Source: Octopus sinensis (taxonomy: Eukaryota). From it: a stretch of DNA of 64,000 nt. The stretch is taken from contig NC_042997.1 of the NCBI RefSeq assembly GCF_006345805.1, positions 79,484,001-79,548,000 of the forward strand. Reading direction: 5' to 3'. Of this stretch, positions 24,851-35,720 are shown piece by piece (position 1 is the stretch's first letter; each line of letters starts with the position of its first letter). Under the pieces are notes generated by a model. It had not been told where the DNA came from. It searched no databases and worked only from the letters and a program-made list of their open reading frames with translations. Made by a program: the position numbers and the translations under genes.

Positions 24851-27560
24851 AAAAATTAGAAAAGACCTGTCGATTCTTAATGAAATCAGCAAACAATCAA
24901 CGCTACTGAGCAACAAAAAGAGAACAAAAATACTCCGCAAATATAACATCACAGAAAAAGATTTGCCGGAGATAAAAGAAAAGCTGAAGCAAGATATCCT
25001 TGCCAAAGCTCAAAGGATCCGCCGGTACGAGAAACGCCAACGCTTCTTTGAACAGAACAAAAAGTTCAACTCCAACCCCAAAAGGTTCTACCAAGAACTG
25101 GGAAAAAATAAAATAGAAGTCACTGCAGCACCAATGGCAGAAGAATTGGAAGAATTCTGGAGAGAAATATGGTCGGCGAACGAACAGCCAAAAAAAAGGA
25201 GAATCAAAATAACAAACTCGGCATCTGAACAACTTTGGACCCCCATAACAACTGAAGAGGTCACCCAGGCACTGCAAAAACTAAGCAACTGGAAGGCACC
25301 TGGGCATGACAAGATCCCCAACTTCTGGTTGAAATATCTAACAGGAATGCACAAAAAGCTGACTGAAAACTTTAACAGCATACTAGCAGAGCCAGAGACA
25401 ATGCCTGAATGGCTCACGAAGGGGAAAACCATCTTAATTCCCAAATCAAATGAAACAGCAAAACCAGAAAACTACAGACCAATAACCTGCCTCCCTACTA
25501 TGTTCAAGGCATTCACTGCAGTGATATCGCAAAGGCTGAACAAGCACCTGGACGAAAACAAACTGTTCCCAGAAGAGCAGAAAGGATGCCGCAAAGTCTC
25601 ATATGGCTGTAAAGATCAACTAATGATTAATAAAGCCGTAACTGAAGACAGCCACAAAAAGAAGAAAGGCCTCAGTGTGGCCTGGATTGACTACAAAAAG
25701 GCGTTTGATAGCATCCCCCACACATGGATCCTCGAAACACTAGCCATTAACAAAGTAGCACCAACAATCATAAAATTCATAGAGCACTCTATGAATAAAT
25801 GGCAAACAGTCCTACACCTCCAAACAAAAGAGGGACTCATGAAAACCAAAGACATCCCCATTAGAAGAGGAATATTCCAGGGAGACACGCTCTCTCCACT
25901 CCTTTTCTGCTTGACACTGTCACCTCTATCTGATATGCTAAATAGAACTGGATGCGGATATAAATGTTACGGCAAAACGATCAGACACCTTTTATATATG
26001 GATGACCTAAAACTATACGCTGCAAATGACAAACAGCTGGAAACACTATTAAAGACAGTTCATGGATTTACCAAAGAAATAGATATGAAATTTGGATTAG
26101 AAAAATGCGCCAAAGTAACCATGAAAATGGGAAAACTAGTTAAGAGTAACAACATCACACTAGATAAAACCAATGAAATAAAAGAATTAGACCAAAGCCA
26201 AACTTACAAATACTTAGGAATCCATGAACTAGATAAGACACAACACACACAAATGAAAGAGAAAATAAAAAAAGAATATTATAGACGAGTTAGATCAATA
26301 CTAAAAACAGAGCTCAATGCTAAAAACAAGATAATAGGTATCAACACTTTAGCTGTCCCAGTTATAAGTTACAGCTACAATATCCTTAACTGGACATTAA
26401 ATGAACTGTCCAAAATAGATAGGAAAACAAGAAAAATACTGACAGGATCTAGGATGCATCACCCAAAATCTGACATAGAAAGACTATATATACAACGTAT
26501 AGAACGTGGTAGAGGCCTTATACAGCTGGAAAACTACTATAAAATAACCACCATAGGACTGCAAAAATATCTACTTCAGAAGGAAGGAAAACTGATCCAG
26601 ATAGCAGCAAAACACGAGCAAAACAAAAAACTGTTCTCAGTATTTAAGGAAGCTGACAAATACAAACAAGAAATCATACCACCTAATAAACACGAAGAAG
26701 AAGAAGAAGATGATGAAGAAACAACAAAAGCTATAAAACAAATGAAATCCCAACTAAAAATAGAACAGCAACGAACCATGATAAAACGATGGCAAGAAAA
26801 GCCCCTTCATGGTAAATACTGGACTAAACTAAACGCAAAAGAAATAGACAAAGAAAAATCCCAGCAATGGTTGAGAAGCTCAGGACTCAAAGCAGAAACA
26901 GAGGGATTTTTAATTGCAGCACAAGACCAAAGCCTCCCCACCAGAAATTACCAAAAACATGTAATGAAAAGAAATATTACAAGTAACTGCAGAATATGTG
27001 GAGATGGACAAGAAACAATAAATCATATTATCTCTAGCTGCCCAGTCCTGGCTAAGAAGAAGGAATATATTCACAGACATGACAGAGTTGGAACCTACAT
27101 ACATTGGAAGCTATGCCAACATTATGGAATAACAACAGAAAAAAGATGGTATAGGCACACACCAGAAAAGGTCACAGAAAACGAGAAAGCAACCATACTC
27201 TGGGATATGCCGATACACACAGATAGAGAAATTAAGGCCAACAGACCAGATATAGTTGTCAGAGATCATGGAGAAAAACAATGCTTTCTAATTGATGTAT
27301 CAATACCGGCAGATGACAACGTGTCTCTAAAAGAAATGGAGAAACTCTCAAAATACAAAGACCTGGAAACAGAGGTAACTAGAATGTGGAATCTGAAAAC
27401 AGAAACAATTCTTATCATAGTAGGTGCATTAGGCATGATAAAAAAATATTCAGACAAATACATAACAAAAACACCAGGACTTACAAACACATATAACATA
27501 CAGAAAATTGCACTACTAGGCACTGCACACATCCTACGCAGAACACTTTCCATACAATAA
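24840..27560 (+). CDS. R4/Dong RT plus CCHC plus restriction-like endonuclease
   Basis: Frame open from 24840; NYRPITCL, DYKKAFDSIPH, GIFQGDTLSPLLF, YMDDLKLY, CRICGDGQETINHIISSC, RHD, NRPDIVV..LIDVSIP..KYKDL. Confidence 0.93.
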   Translation, partial: KKNKKIRKDLSILNEISKQSTLLSNKKRTKILRKYNITEKDLPEIKEKLKQDILAKAQRIRRYEKRQRFFEQNKKFNSNPKRFYQELGKNKIEVTAAPMAEELEEFWREIWSANEQPKKRRIKITNSASEQLWTPITTEEVTQALQKLSNWKAPGHDKIPNFWLKYLTGMHKKLTENFNSILAEPETMPEWLTKGKTILIPKSNETAKPENYRPITCLPTMFKAFTAVISQRLNKHLDENKLFPEEQKGCRKVSYGCKDQLMINKAVTEDSHKKKKGLSVAWIDYKKAFDSIPHTWILETLAINKVAPTIIKFIEHSMNKWQTVLHLQTKEGLMKTKDIPIRRGIFQGDTLSPLLFCLTLSPLSDMLNRTGCGYKCYGKTIRHLLYMDDLKLYAANDKQLETLLKTVHGFTKEIDMKFGLEKCAKVTMKMGKLVKSNNITLDKTNEIKELDQSQTYKYLGIHELDKTQHTQMKEKIKKEYYRRVRSILKTELNAKNKIIGINTLAVPVISYSYNILNWTLNELSKIDRKTRKILTGSRMHHPKSDIERLYIQRIERGRGLIQLENYYKITTIGLQKYLLQKEGKLIQIAAKHEQNKKLFSVFKEADKYKQEIIPPNKHEEEEEDDEETTKAIKQMKSQLKIEQQRTMIKRWQEKPLHGKYWTKLNAKEIDKEKSQQWLRSSGLKAETEGFLIAAQDQSLPTRNYQKHVMKRNITSNCRICGDGQETINHIISSCPVLAKKKEYIHRHDRVGTYIHWKLCQHYGITTEKRWYRHTPEKVTENEKATILWDMPIHTDREIKANRPDIVVRDHGEKQCFLIDVSIPADDNVSLKEMEKLSKYKDLETEVTRMWNLKTETILIIVGALGMIKKYSDKYITKTPGLTNTYNIQKIALLGTAHILRRTLSIQ

Positions 27561-27570
27561 CCATCAGAAG

Positions 27571-30208
27571 GAGAAAGTAACCGTTAAAGACCCCCCTCCC
27601 ATGGAAGAAGTTCAAAACTTTTGGAAAAGGATTTGGAGTGACAAGAAAACGTACAACATAAATGCAGACTGGATTATACAAACTGAAGGATCCTACCAAA
27701 ATTTACAACAACAAGCATGGGAAGACATCACAATAGCAGACCTAAGAAAGGCACTCACGAAGGCCCATAATTGGAAATCCCCCGGTAAAGATAGGGTGCC
27801 GAATTTCTGGCTCGCATCGCTCCCATGCGCACACGGTAAGCTAGTTCAGCTGCTCAATGGAATTATGAGAGACCCAAAGAAAACACCTGAATGGTTAGCA
27901 AGTGGCATTACTTACCTACTCCCAAAGAATAACGAAACCAACCTTCCAAAAACTATCGGCCTATAACCTGTCTATCCACCACGTATAAAATCCTAACATC
28001 TATCCTGGCGGAGGAAACATATGCATTCATGGAGAAGAACGATATTTTCCCCATTGAACAAAAGGGTGCCGCCGAGGCTCTTACGGATGCAAAGATCAAC
28101 TGCTAATCAATCGTATGATCCTTGAGAACTGTCACAACAAGCGCAGAAATCTCAGCACAGCATGGATTGACTACAAAAAGGCCTTCGACAGTATACCGCA
28201 TCCATGGATCTTGAGATCGCTGGACATCTTCAAAATTCCCCTGTGATTTCAAACTTCCTGAAGCACAATATGTCGTTGTGGAATACGAATCTCCAATTAT
28301 ACCACTCTAATGGAGTACTTGCCTCAGAAAATATAAACATCAACTGTGGAATTTTTCAAGGTGACTCACTTTCACCTTTAATATTCTGCATAGCCCTAAT
28401 ACCCCTTACAAGTGAATTAAACAGAACAAGGTATGGGTAAAAATTGCCAATAAAAAAATAAGCCATCTATTTTATATGGATGACTTAAAACTTTATGGTA
28501 AAGACAATAATGAACTTGAATGAACTAATCTTGAAGGCCTATTGCGCACCGTGAAAGCATTCAGCGATGACATCGGGATGGAGTTTGGACTTGAGAAGTG
28601 TGTGCCAAGGCCACTTTCCAGAAAGGGAAAGTGAAGACCACAAATTCAGTCGTGTTAGATGTTGACACAGTCATAAGAGAGCTTGAGCAAGAACAAACAT
28701 ACAAATATTTAGGGATAAATGAAGGCTCTGGTATTCAGCATGCAAGCATGAAAGAGAAAATCAGGAAGGAATGTTATAGGAGAGTTCGTGCAGTCCTGAA
28801 ATCTGAACTAAATGCACGTAACAAGGTGTTAGCTATAAATTCCTTAGCAGTTCCAGTTGTTACTTATAGCTACAATGTGTTGAACTGGAATGAGTGAAGT
28901 AAAGAATATAGATAGAAAAATACGCAAGCTGCTGAGTTGTAATAGGATGCACCACCCAAAGGCAGACGTAGATCGCCTTTACCTTCCCAGAGCCCAAGGA
29001 GGTCGAGGCCTGATCCAATTTGAACTAGCTTACAAAACAACCACAATTGGACTGGCCAAATATCTCGAAATATCGAATGACTGGATGCTAAAGCTCGTGG
29101 AAAATCACGAGAGACGAAAGAAGCTTCATTCTATCATAAAGGAAAGCAAAAAATTTGCTATTGATCTCGTGCAGGATACCCAAACTGAACAACCCGAGGG
29201 AAGTACGGCAACTATTGTTGCAAAGGTGAAAATGATGGCAATGAAAAAAGCGCACGAGCAATTGGCTGATAGGTGGGAGGAGAAACCTCTGCACGGCAAA
29301 TATGTGACCCGCAGCAAACAAGCTGATGTTGACCAGAAGCAAACCCATCAGTGGCTACGGAGCTCAGGGCTAAAAGCAGAGAGCGAAGGTTTCATCCTGG
29401 CTGCTCAAGATCAAAGCCTATTAACCCGGAACTACCAGGCCAATGTGATGAAAAATGGAGCAGACCCAAAATGCCGATTCTGCAACGACATGATTGAAAC
29501 AGTGGACCACCTAATCTCTGGATGTAAAGTCTTAGCACCAGTGGAGTATAAATTAAGACATGACAGAGTTGGCCAATATCTCCACTGGCTAATAAGTCGG
29601 CATTACAATATCAAAACTGCCGACAAGTGGTATAATCACCACCCTGAGGCTGTAACTGAAGGAGAAAATGTAACAATTCTGTGGGACTTTCCAGTACATA
29701 CAGACCGAACCATCAAGGCCAATAAACCAGATATTGTTGTGAAAGACCAAAACAATAAAGTTTGCTTATTGATCGACATGAGCATCCCCTGTGATCATAA
29801 TATCTCAGCGAAAGAGTTTGACAAGCTCAGAAAATATAAAGACCTACTCATTGAAATTGAGAAAATGTGGCATCTCAAGGCGGTTACAATACCAGTGATC
29901 GTAGGAGCACTAGGAATGATCAAGAAGGGAACCGAAAATTATATGAGAATGATCCCTGGTTTACCATCCCTGCAAGAAGTGCAAAAGATTGTCTTAACTG
30001 GTACATCACACGTATTGAGAAGAGCATTGTCGATGTGAGAACTGTTGCTGCTCATGTATTTTAATTTAAAAAAAAAAATTTTTTTAAATGAACGATCTAC
30101 TGAGTTTGGTTTAATGGCCTACCATTGTATACTATGAGTTTCTTTGCCCTAGGAGTCGGGAAGACACGCGGCAAGAAATGGAAGCAAATTTGAAAGAAGA
30201 AAAAAAAA
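27571..30208 (+). mobile_element. 5'-truncated R4/Dong element (family E), several frameshifts
   Basis: EKVTVKDPPPMEEV, GIFQGDSLSPLIF, CRFCNDMIETVDHLISGC, KANKPDIVV, LRRALSM*; 3' UTR into (AAT/CAT)n. Confidence 0.92.
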
Positions 30209-30253
30209 GTAATAATCATCATCATAATAATAATAATAATAATAATAATAATT

Positions 30254-30660
30254 GCAATCACAATATAGCGGCGAAAGAATATGACAAGATCAGTAAATAT
30301 AAAGACTCGCTAATAGAAATAGAAAAAATGTGGCATCTCAAGGCGACTACAGCACCAGTGATTGTAGGATCTCTAGGAATGATAAAGAAAAAAGGCATTG
30401 AAACCTATTTGAAAATGATACCAGGCTTACCATCCCTAGAGGAAGTGCAAAATATCGTGTTAACTGGAACGGCTCATGTACTGAGAAGAGCATTATCGCT
30501 GTGAAAACAATATCCATTCATGAATTTATTTATTAATTTTTTTAAAATACATATTTTACCTGTGAATTTGCGTGTGTAATCTGGGAATGCATACGATGAG
30601 CTTCTCTGCCCTATGTGCACGGAAAACACTCAGCGAGAAATGAAAGAAAATTTGAAGAAA

Positions 30661-30661
<1 letters not shown>
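30254..30661 (+). mobile_element. R4/Dong 3' fragment (family F, close to E)
   Basis: KEYDKISKYKD...HVLRRALSL* plus UTR; same family as minus copy 47437-47780. Confidence 0.88.
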
Positions 30662-30744
<83 letters not shown>

Positions 30745-30748
30745 TAAT

Positions 30749-30811
<63 letters not shown>

Positions 30812-30812
<1 letters not shown>

Positions 30813-31170
30813 GAGAAATTAAGGCCAATAGGCCGAATAAAGTTGTTAGAGATCATCAAGAAAAATATGCTTTCTAATCGAGGTATCAATACCAACAGAT
30901 GACAATATTTCTCTAAAAGAAACAGAGAAACTTTCAAAATACAAAGATCTGGAAATAGAGGTAATGGTGGGGGTCATAGCCATATTTTGAGAGGAATTCT
31001 TTGGGGTTTGAATAAGTCACTTCTGGAAACATGGGTGTTTCATTCATCATCCTTAAACAAACTTTATTCAGAGACCGTTTGAGCGAGATGGGCTACTTGA
31101 CCTGATGAAAATTCTAACTGGGCCTCACCTGTGAGGTCATACGTTGTTTATCTTGATAAGAGATCACCAC
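30812..31170 (+). mobile_element. Family D-like RLE fragment fused to a piece of the 560-bp repeat
   Basis: REIKANRPNKVVRDH...KYKDLEIEV (30812-30962), then sequence homologous to 19461-19670. Confidence 0.75.
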
Positions 31171-31319
31171 TTATTTAAAGCTGTATAGCAAAGATAAGGC
31201 GCAAGTGAGTTCTTTGGCGAACACTGTCCACTATTTTAGTACTGATAATAGAATGGAATTCGGACCCATGTAGTGTGGTATAATGTACCTGAAAAAAGGC
31301 AAAGTATAGTATCTATTAG

Positions 31320-32610
31320 CGATAGAGTTACCTAATAAAGAACTGGTAAAACAAATTGAAAAGGAAGGCTACAAATATCTTGGCATACTAGAGTTCAACG
31401 AAATCATGGAAAAGGAAATGAAAGAACAAATGAGGATGGAATATTTCCGAAGACTAAGATTGGTGTTGCGCTCAAAATTGACCGGATGGAATAAAATCCA
31501 AGCAGTTAATAAATGAGCGATAGCATCACTTCTGTATGGAGCTGGAATCATAAAATGGCGAAAGAAAGAACTGATGAATATAGGTACGAAGAAAAGAAAA
31601 ATGTTGATAATGCACGGAGCCTTCGACCCTAAGAGTGACACCGATAGGCTGTACTTGTCCAGAGGAAAGGGAGAGGTTTGATCAGTTACCAGGATTGTAT
31701 TGAAATAGAAGAAAACAACTTACGATGATATGTAAAAATACCGTGGAACCATTGTTGAAACATGTGAAGAAGTCCGGCATCATTAATCTTTTGTGTTAAG
31801 AAAGAAAAAGAACACAAAAAAGGAGACAGCAGTTTGCAAGAGATACGAACGCCAAGACATACAGAAGACCCGTAGCTATAGATGAGGAGGAGTGGCCTAA
31901 AGATAGAGACAAAGGCACTTATATGCACAGCTCAAGAACAAACGTTAAGGACTAACTACATGAAGTGCAGAATCGACAACACTACCGACTGCGACAAATG
32001 TGGTGAGAGGGATGAAACGATATGGGACATCGTTAGCGAATGCCCGAAATTAGTACAACGTGAATACAAAAGACGACATGTGGAAAGAATGATCTATTGG
32101 GAGCTCTGTGGAAATCACAGCCTACAAAGATCAAAGATAAGGTATGAGAAAACCTCAGGAGTCACCGAGAATGAACATTGCAAAATCCTGTGGGATGCAA
32201 TGATTCAGTACGATCACCTGACCAGAAATCGGAAACCGGACATTGATGTGGTGAATAAAAAAGAAAGAACATGTATGATAATTGACAAATCATGTCCCGG
32301 TGACAACCGGGTGAAAGAGAAAGAAGAAAAAAAACTGAACAAAGACAATTTGAAGTGGGAAATACGAAGGTTGTGGTAAATGAGGAGAGTAGACGTGATA
32401 CCAATAGTAATTGACGCACTTGAAAATATCAACCCTCAACTACCAACATGGCTAAAAAAATTGGTACAAAGGTAGAATACCTACAAAAATTAGCATTGCT
32501 TGGAGCTGCAAGAATTCTTCGCATGACCAGCAAACAAGTGTCACCTTAGTCTGCAGGCTGTGAACAGCTGACACTTTCCATCATGCCCAGCAAAATAAGA
32601 AAAACCCTAT
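31320..32610 (+). mobile_element. Degenerate R4/Dong 3' half
   Basis: GYKYLGILE, LRSKLTGWNKIQAVN, CGERDETIWDIVSECPKL, RKPDIDVV. Confidence 0.85.
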
Positions 32611-32951
32611 CAATTTAAATGTATGTGTATTATTACATGAAGATATTTCGCTATTGCCTCTGCCACTTCCTCTCCCCAAGCTTTCAGTCATACTGTAACA
32701 TTTCTTATCCTTCACTCGTCCTGGGATGCTGGGTGTGTCTCGGCAAGTGGTTGTAACAAGCATGCAGATTAAAAGTAAATAAAATAATAGTAGTTCTTAT
32801 TTTAAGAAAGGAAATTCTGATGAATTTCTAGGACAGCTATTGATGATGATGATAATGATGACGAAGAGGAGGAAAAGGAGGAGCAGGAGGATGGTAATAA
32901 ATCAGGAGTGGAAAAGTTCTAACATGGACAACATTCAAAACTGTTACTGAT

Positions 32952-33041
32952 AATTATTTGACATACTGCACGTCCAGATGCAATTATTTGACATACTGAA
33001 CGTCCAGATGCAATTATTTGACATACTGCACGTCCAGATGC
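32952..33041. repeat. 30-bp minisatellite x3
   Basis: aattatttgacatactgMacgtccagatgc three times head-to-tail. Confidence 0.95.
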
Positions 33042-33479
33042 AAAAGTTCGTGAAAAGAATCTGTCATTTGCCTTCGATTCAATTTTTGAATGACTGGCTT
33101 ATTATAATTCTTGAAGTGCTCACATTTGATGACATTGATGTGAACTACTTGGAATCAACAATGAAAAACTATCTCCAATAACACCGTGACTGTAGGCTGT
33201 AGTTTCACTAGTATTTTTACTGAGAGATTTCATCGCAATTTGTCGTTATTTTATTTTGGCTTGCTTCTCTTGATTTGGTTAATAAAAATATCGATCTCGG
33301 ATTATCCACCGAAGAGGAAGAACGAGATTTATCGACTAACCCATCATTAAGTATGACATAAAATGAAAACTGTAAACATATCCTGACTTGAAAGTCTCTC
33401 CGGTATTGACAACCAATTTAGCAAGGCCATTAAAATATCCTTTGGAAATGAAAAAATAAAAAACGTCAAGGAAGTGATA

Positions 33480-34100
33480 ATGCAGCGAGGTAGCAAACAG
33501 GCAAGTCTGAAAGATGAGTTGGAATTCCAGTACCTATGGCACCTATAACAATTGGGATTAACTTTGTTACTGACTATCCATAGTTTCCGTATTTCCCTGT
33601 CGAAATCTTGGTATTTTCCTCTCTTCTGTTCTTTGGCCGCTACATTTATGTCCGCAGACATAACCACACCTGTGATGATGCGCTTCGTTTTTCGTCTTGT
33701 CCAGAACGATAATATCTCCACAAGTTCTTTCTCGCCTCTTCTGGCAGCTGAAATAAGATTTTTTGTGCTATTCTTCACATACACTTCTATATCACATTTT
33801 TCCATCTCACCACCGTTCTTCTATTGATATTAGTTCTCTCCCCACTCTTTCCGTGGCAGGTATAACCTATCAACGCTGTCTCTGGGATGTAGCTACCTGC
33901 ACATGGACATTGCCTTTTTGGCTTTACCGTGTATGTCTCTTAGTTCTTCCTTAGTTCAGTTCAGGAAAGCAGCAGAATATCGTATTAGAGAGATCGTTTA
34001 TGCATTTACTGCCTAGATGCTTTTTCTGCCATTCAGTTTTGAACTTAGCACATTTTTTACTCTCCTGAGATATTCATTTCTCAATTCCTCTTTCATTTCT
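33480..34100 (-). mobile_element. Degenerate R4/Dong fragment
   Basis: VLSSKLNGRKSI..., YVKNSTKNLISAA, KEQKRGKYQDFDREIRKLW. Confidence 0.7.
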
Positions 34101-34139
34101 TAGCAGAGGATTCTACCTGCCCCCATTACACCTAGGGAT

Positions 34140-35720
34140 CTATAACGGTCATCTCCGCAGCAACAAAGTCCGCCCACTATTCTTTTCGATCCAACATTAC
34201 TGCATCAAGGATACATTCCAGGCCAATGTCTGCAATCAAGTTGTCGATATAATCGTGATGACGTTTTCCTTTTTTCACACCACCATAAACTGGGTTCCAC
34301 AACTGGATGCTTCCAATTCAGAGTGGCGTACGCAGTGACCAGATAATTGCAGCCGTATTTGCCTGATCTTGCCGCTAACTTTCAGCAGATCTCCATAGAT
34401 GCATTCGTTTGTCGTATGTTGCTGCCATTTCACATTTAGAGTCATTCGTAGCATTCTTGTGCAGCAGACATCTAGCCTGCTTGATAATTTCTTTGTCAGT
34501 GTCCATGTTTCACTGCCATATAATGGCGCTGATTCGACAGTTGCAATGAACAACTTGATTTTGATTCACCTGAGCAATTTGGAGTTCCAGACCTTCTTCA
34601 GTTTGTTACAGGCTGTCCATTCTTGTGTCTTCCTGAATTGCTCACCCAATCGTCCAATTACTTGAAGTCTTCGGCAACATTCAATTTGGGACCGCTCAAA
34701 GCAAACAGTTCAGCTTCACTTGGTTGGTTGAAAGACGTGTATTCGGTTTCTGCACAGTCCAGTTTTGGCGGCTGATGTTTCTACTCTGCTGAGCAGCTGT
34801 TGTACTTGATCTTTTGCATCAAATATGAGCGCTATGTCATCTGCGAAGTCTAGGTCTGTGATGGTTACTGCTGGTACTCTCCGCGATCTTTGCTGGTCAA
34901 TGTTGAAACCAAGGCCTTCGTCACTGTTGTCTATAGCCTGCTGCATTGCATAATCCAATACAATTGCAAATAGATAAGGTGCAAGCGTGTCTCTTTGTAG
35001 CAATCAAGCTAGTATTTGAAAGAATTAATTTAGTTTCTCCGTCAGAGCTCTGATCTTTTCATAGGTCTTTGCAATGGCAAGAATTAATTCTTCCGGAATG
35101 CCATATATTCGAAGGATCTTCAATATTTTGTCACGACGGATGCTGTCAAATGCTTTGCTGAAGTCAACGAAGGTTATAATAGCAAGTAGCTCTCTTGATT
35201 TAACTCCTTCTTTGATACGCCTCAGGGCTAAGAGCTGAGCTGTGGATCTCCCTGGTCTAAATCCATTTTGATTTGGCCTCAAATGACTATCAAGCACCGG
35301 TTGAATCCTGTTGAGGATCATTCAGTTAACGACTGAGTGAGATATTCGACAGTGCAATTCCTCTGTAGTTACTTTCATTGCTGAGGTTTCCTGACTTTGA
35401 GATTCCTATCAAGTCAATCTCGGACCACTGATCTTAACTTTCTTGGTTCTGCAAGAGCTTATTCGCAAAATCTCGTACTACTTCATCCAGATTCCGAGCA
35501 ATTGACTGAAGTGTAAGTACCACTTTTGGATATGCTCCTCTCTGCTGCTCTCATGGATGATGCCTGACTTAGCTATTTTCCTTCCGCTTATCTCATTGAT
35601 CAATTTCCAGCTTTACCTGTGCATTGAATTTGCATCTGCTGTCTTGACTTGATCAATCATACGGTCCAAGTCCTCTTCTTCAGTGATGTCGCCGGCATTT
35701 TGAAGGGTGGCTTTGTTAGT
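34140..35720 (-). mobile_element. RTE-clade LINE relic
   Basis: LRPNQNGFRPGRST, FVDFSKAFDSI, QRDTLAPYLF, DLDFADDIAL, LYGSETWTL, RLQLSGHCVRH. Confidence 0.9.

Larger units (their letters stand above)
23680..27570 (+). mobile_element. Near-intact R4/Dong element (family D), 3' UTR truncated
   Basis: Starts directly after (AAT)n; ~235-bp 5' UTR; two ORFs separated by one frameshift; only ~10 bp of 3' UTR remain before another family begins. Confidence 0.93.

Noticed and set aside
24840-24855. Programmed -1 ribosomal frameshift in the Dong ORF
   Set aside because: The shift needed is +1/-2, not -1, and R4-clade elements normally have one ORF; a homopolymer indel is simpler
32952-33041. CRISPR array
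   Set aside because: No spacers and eukaryotic context
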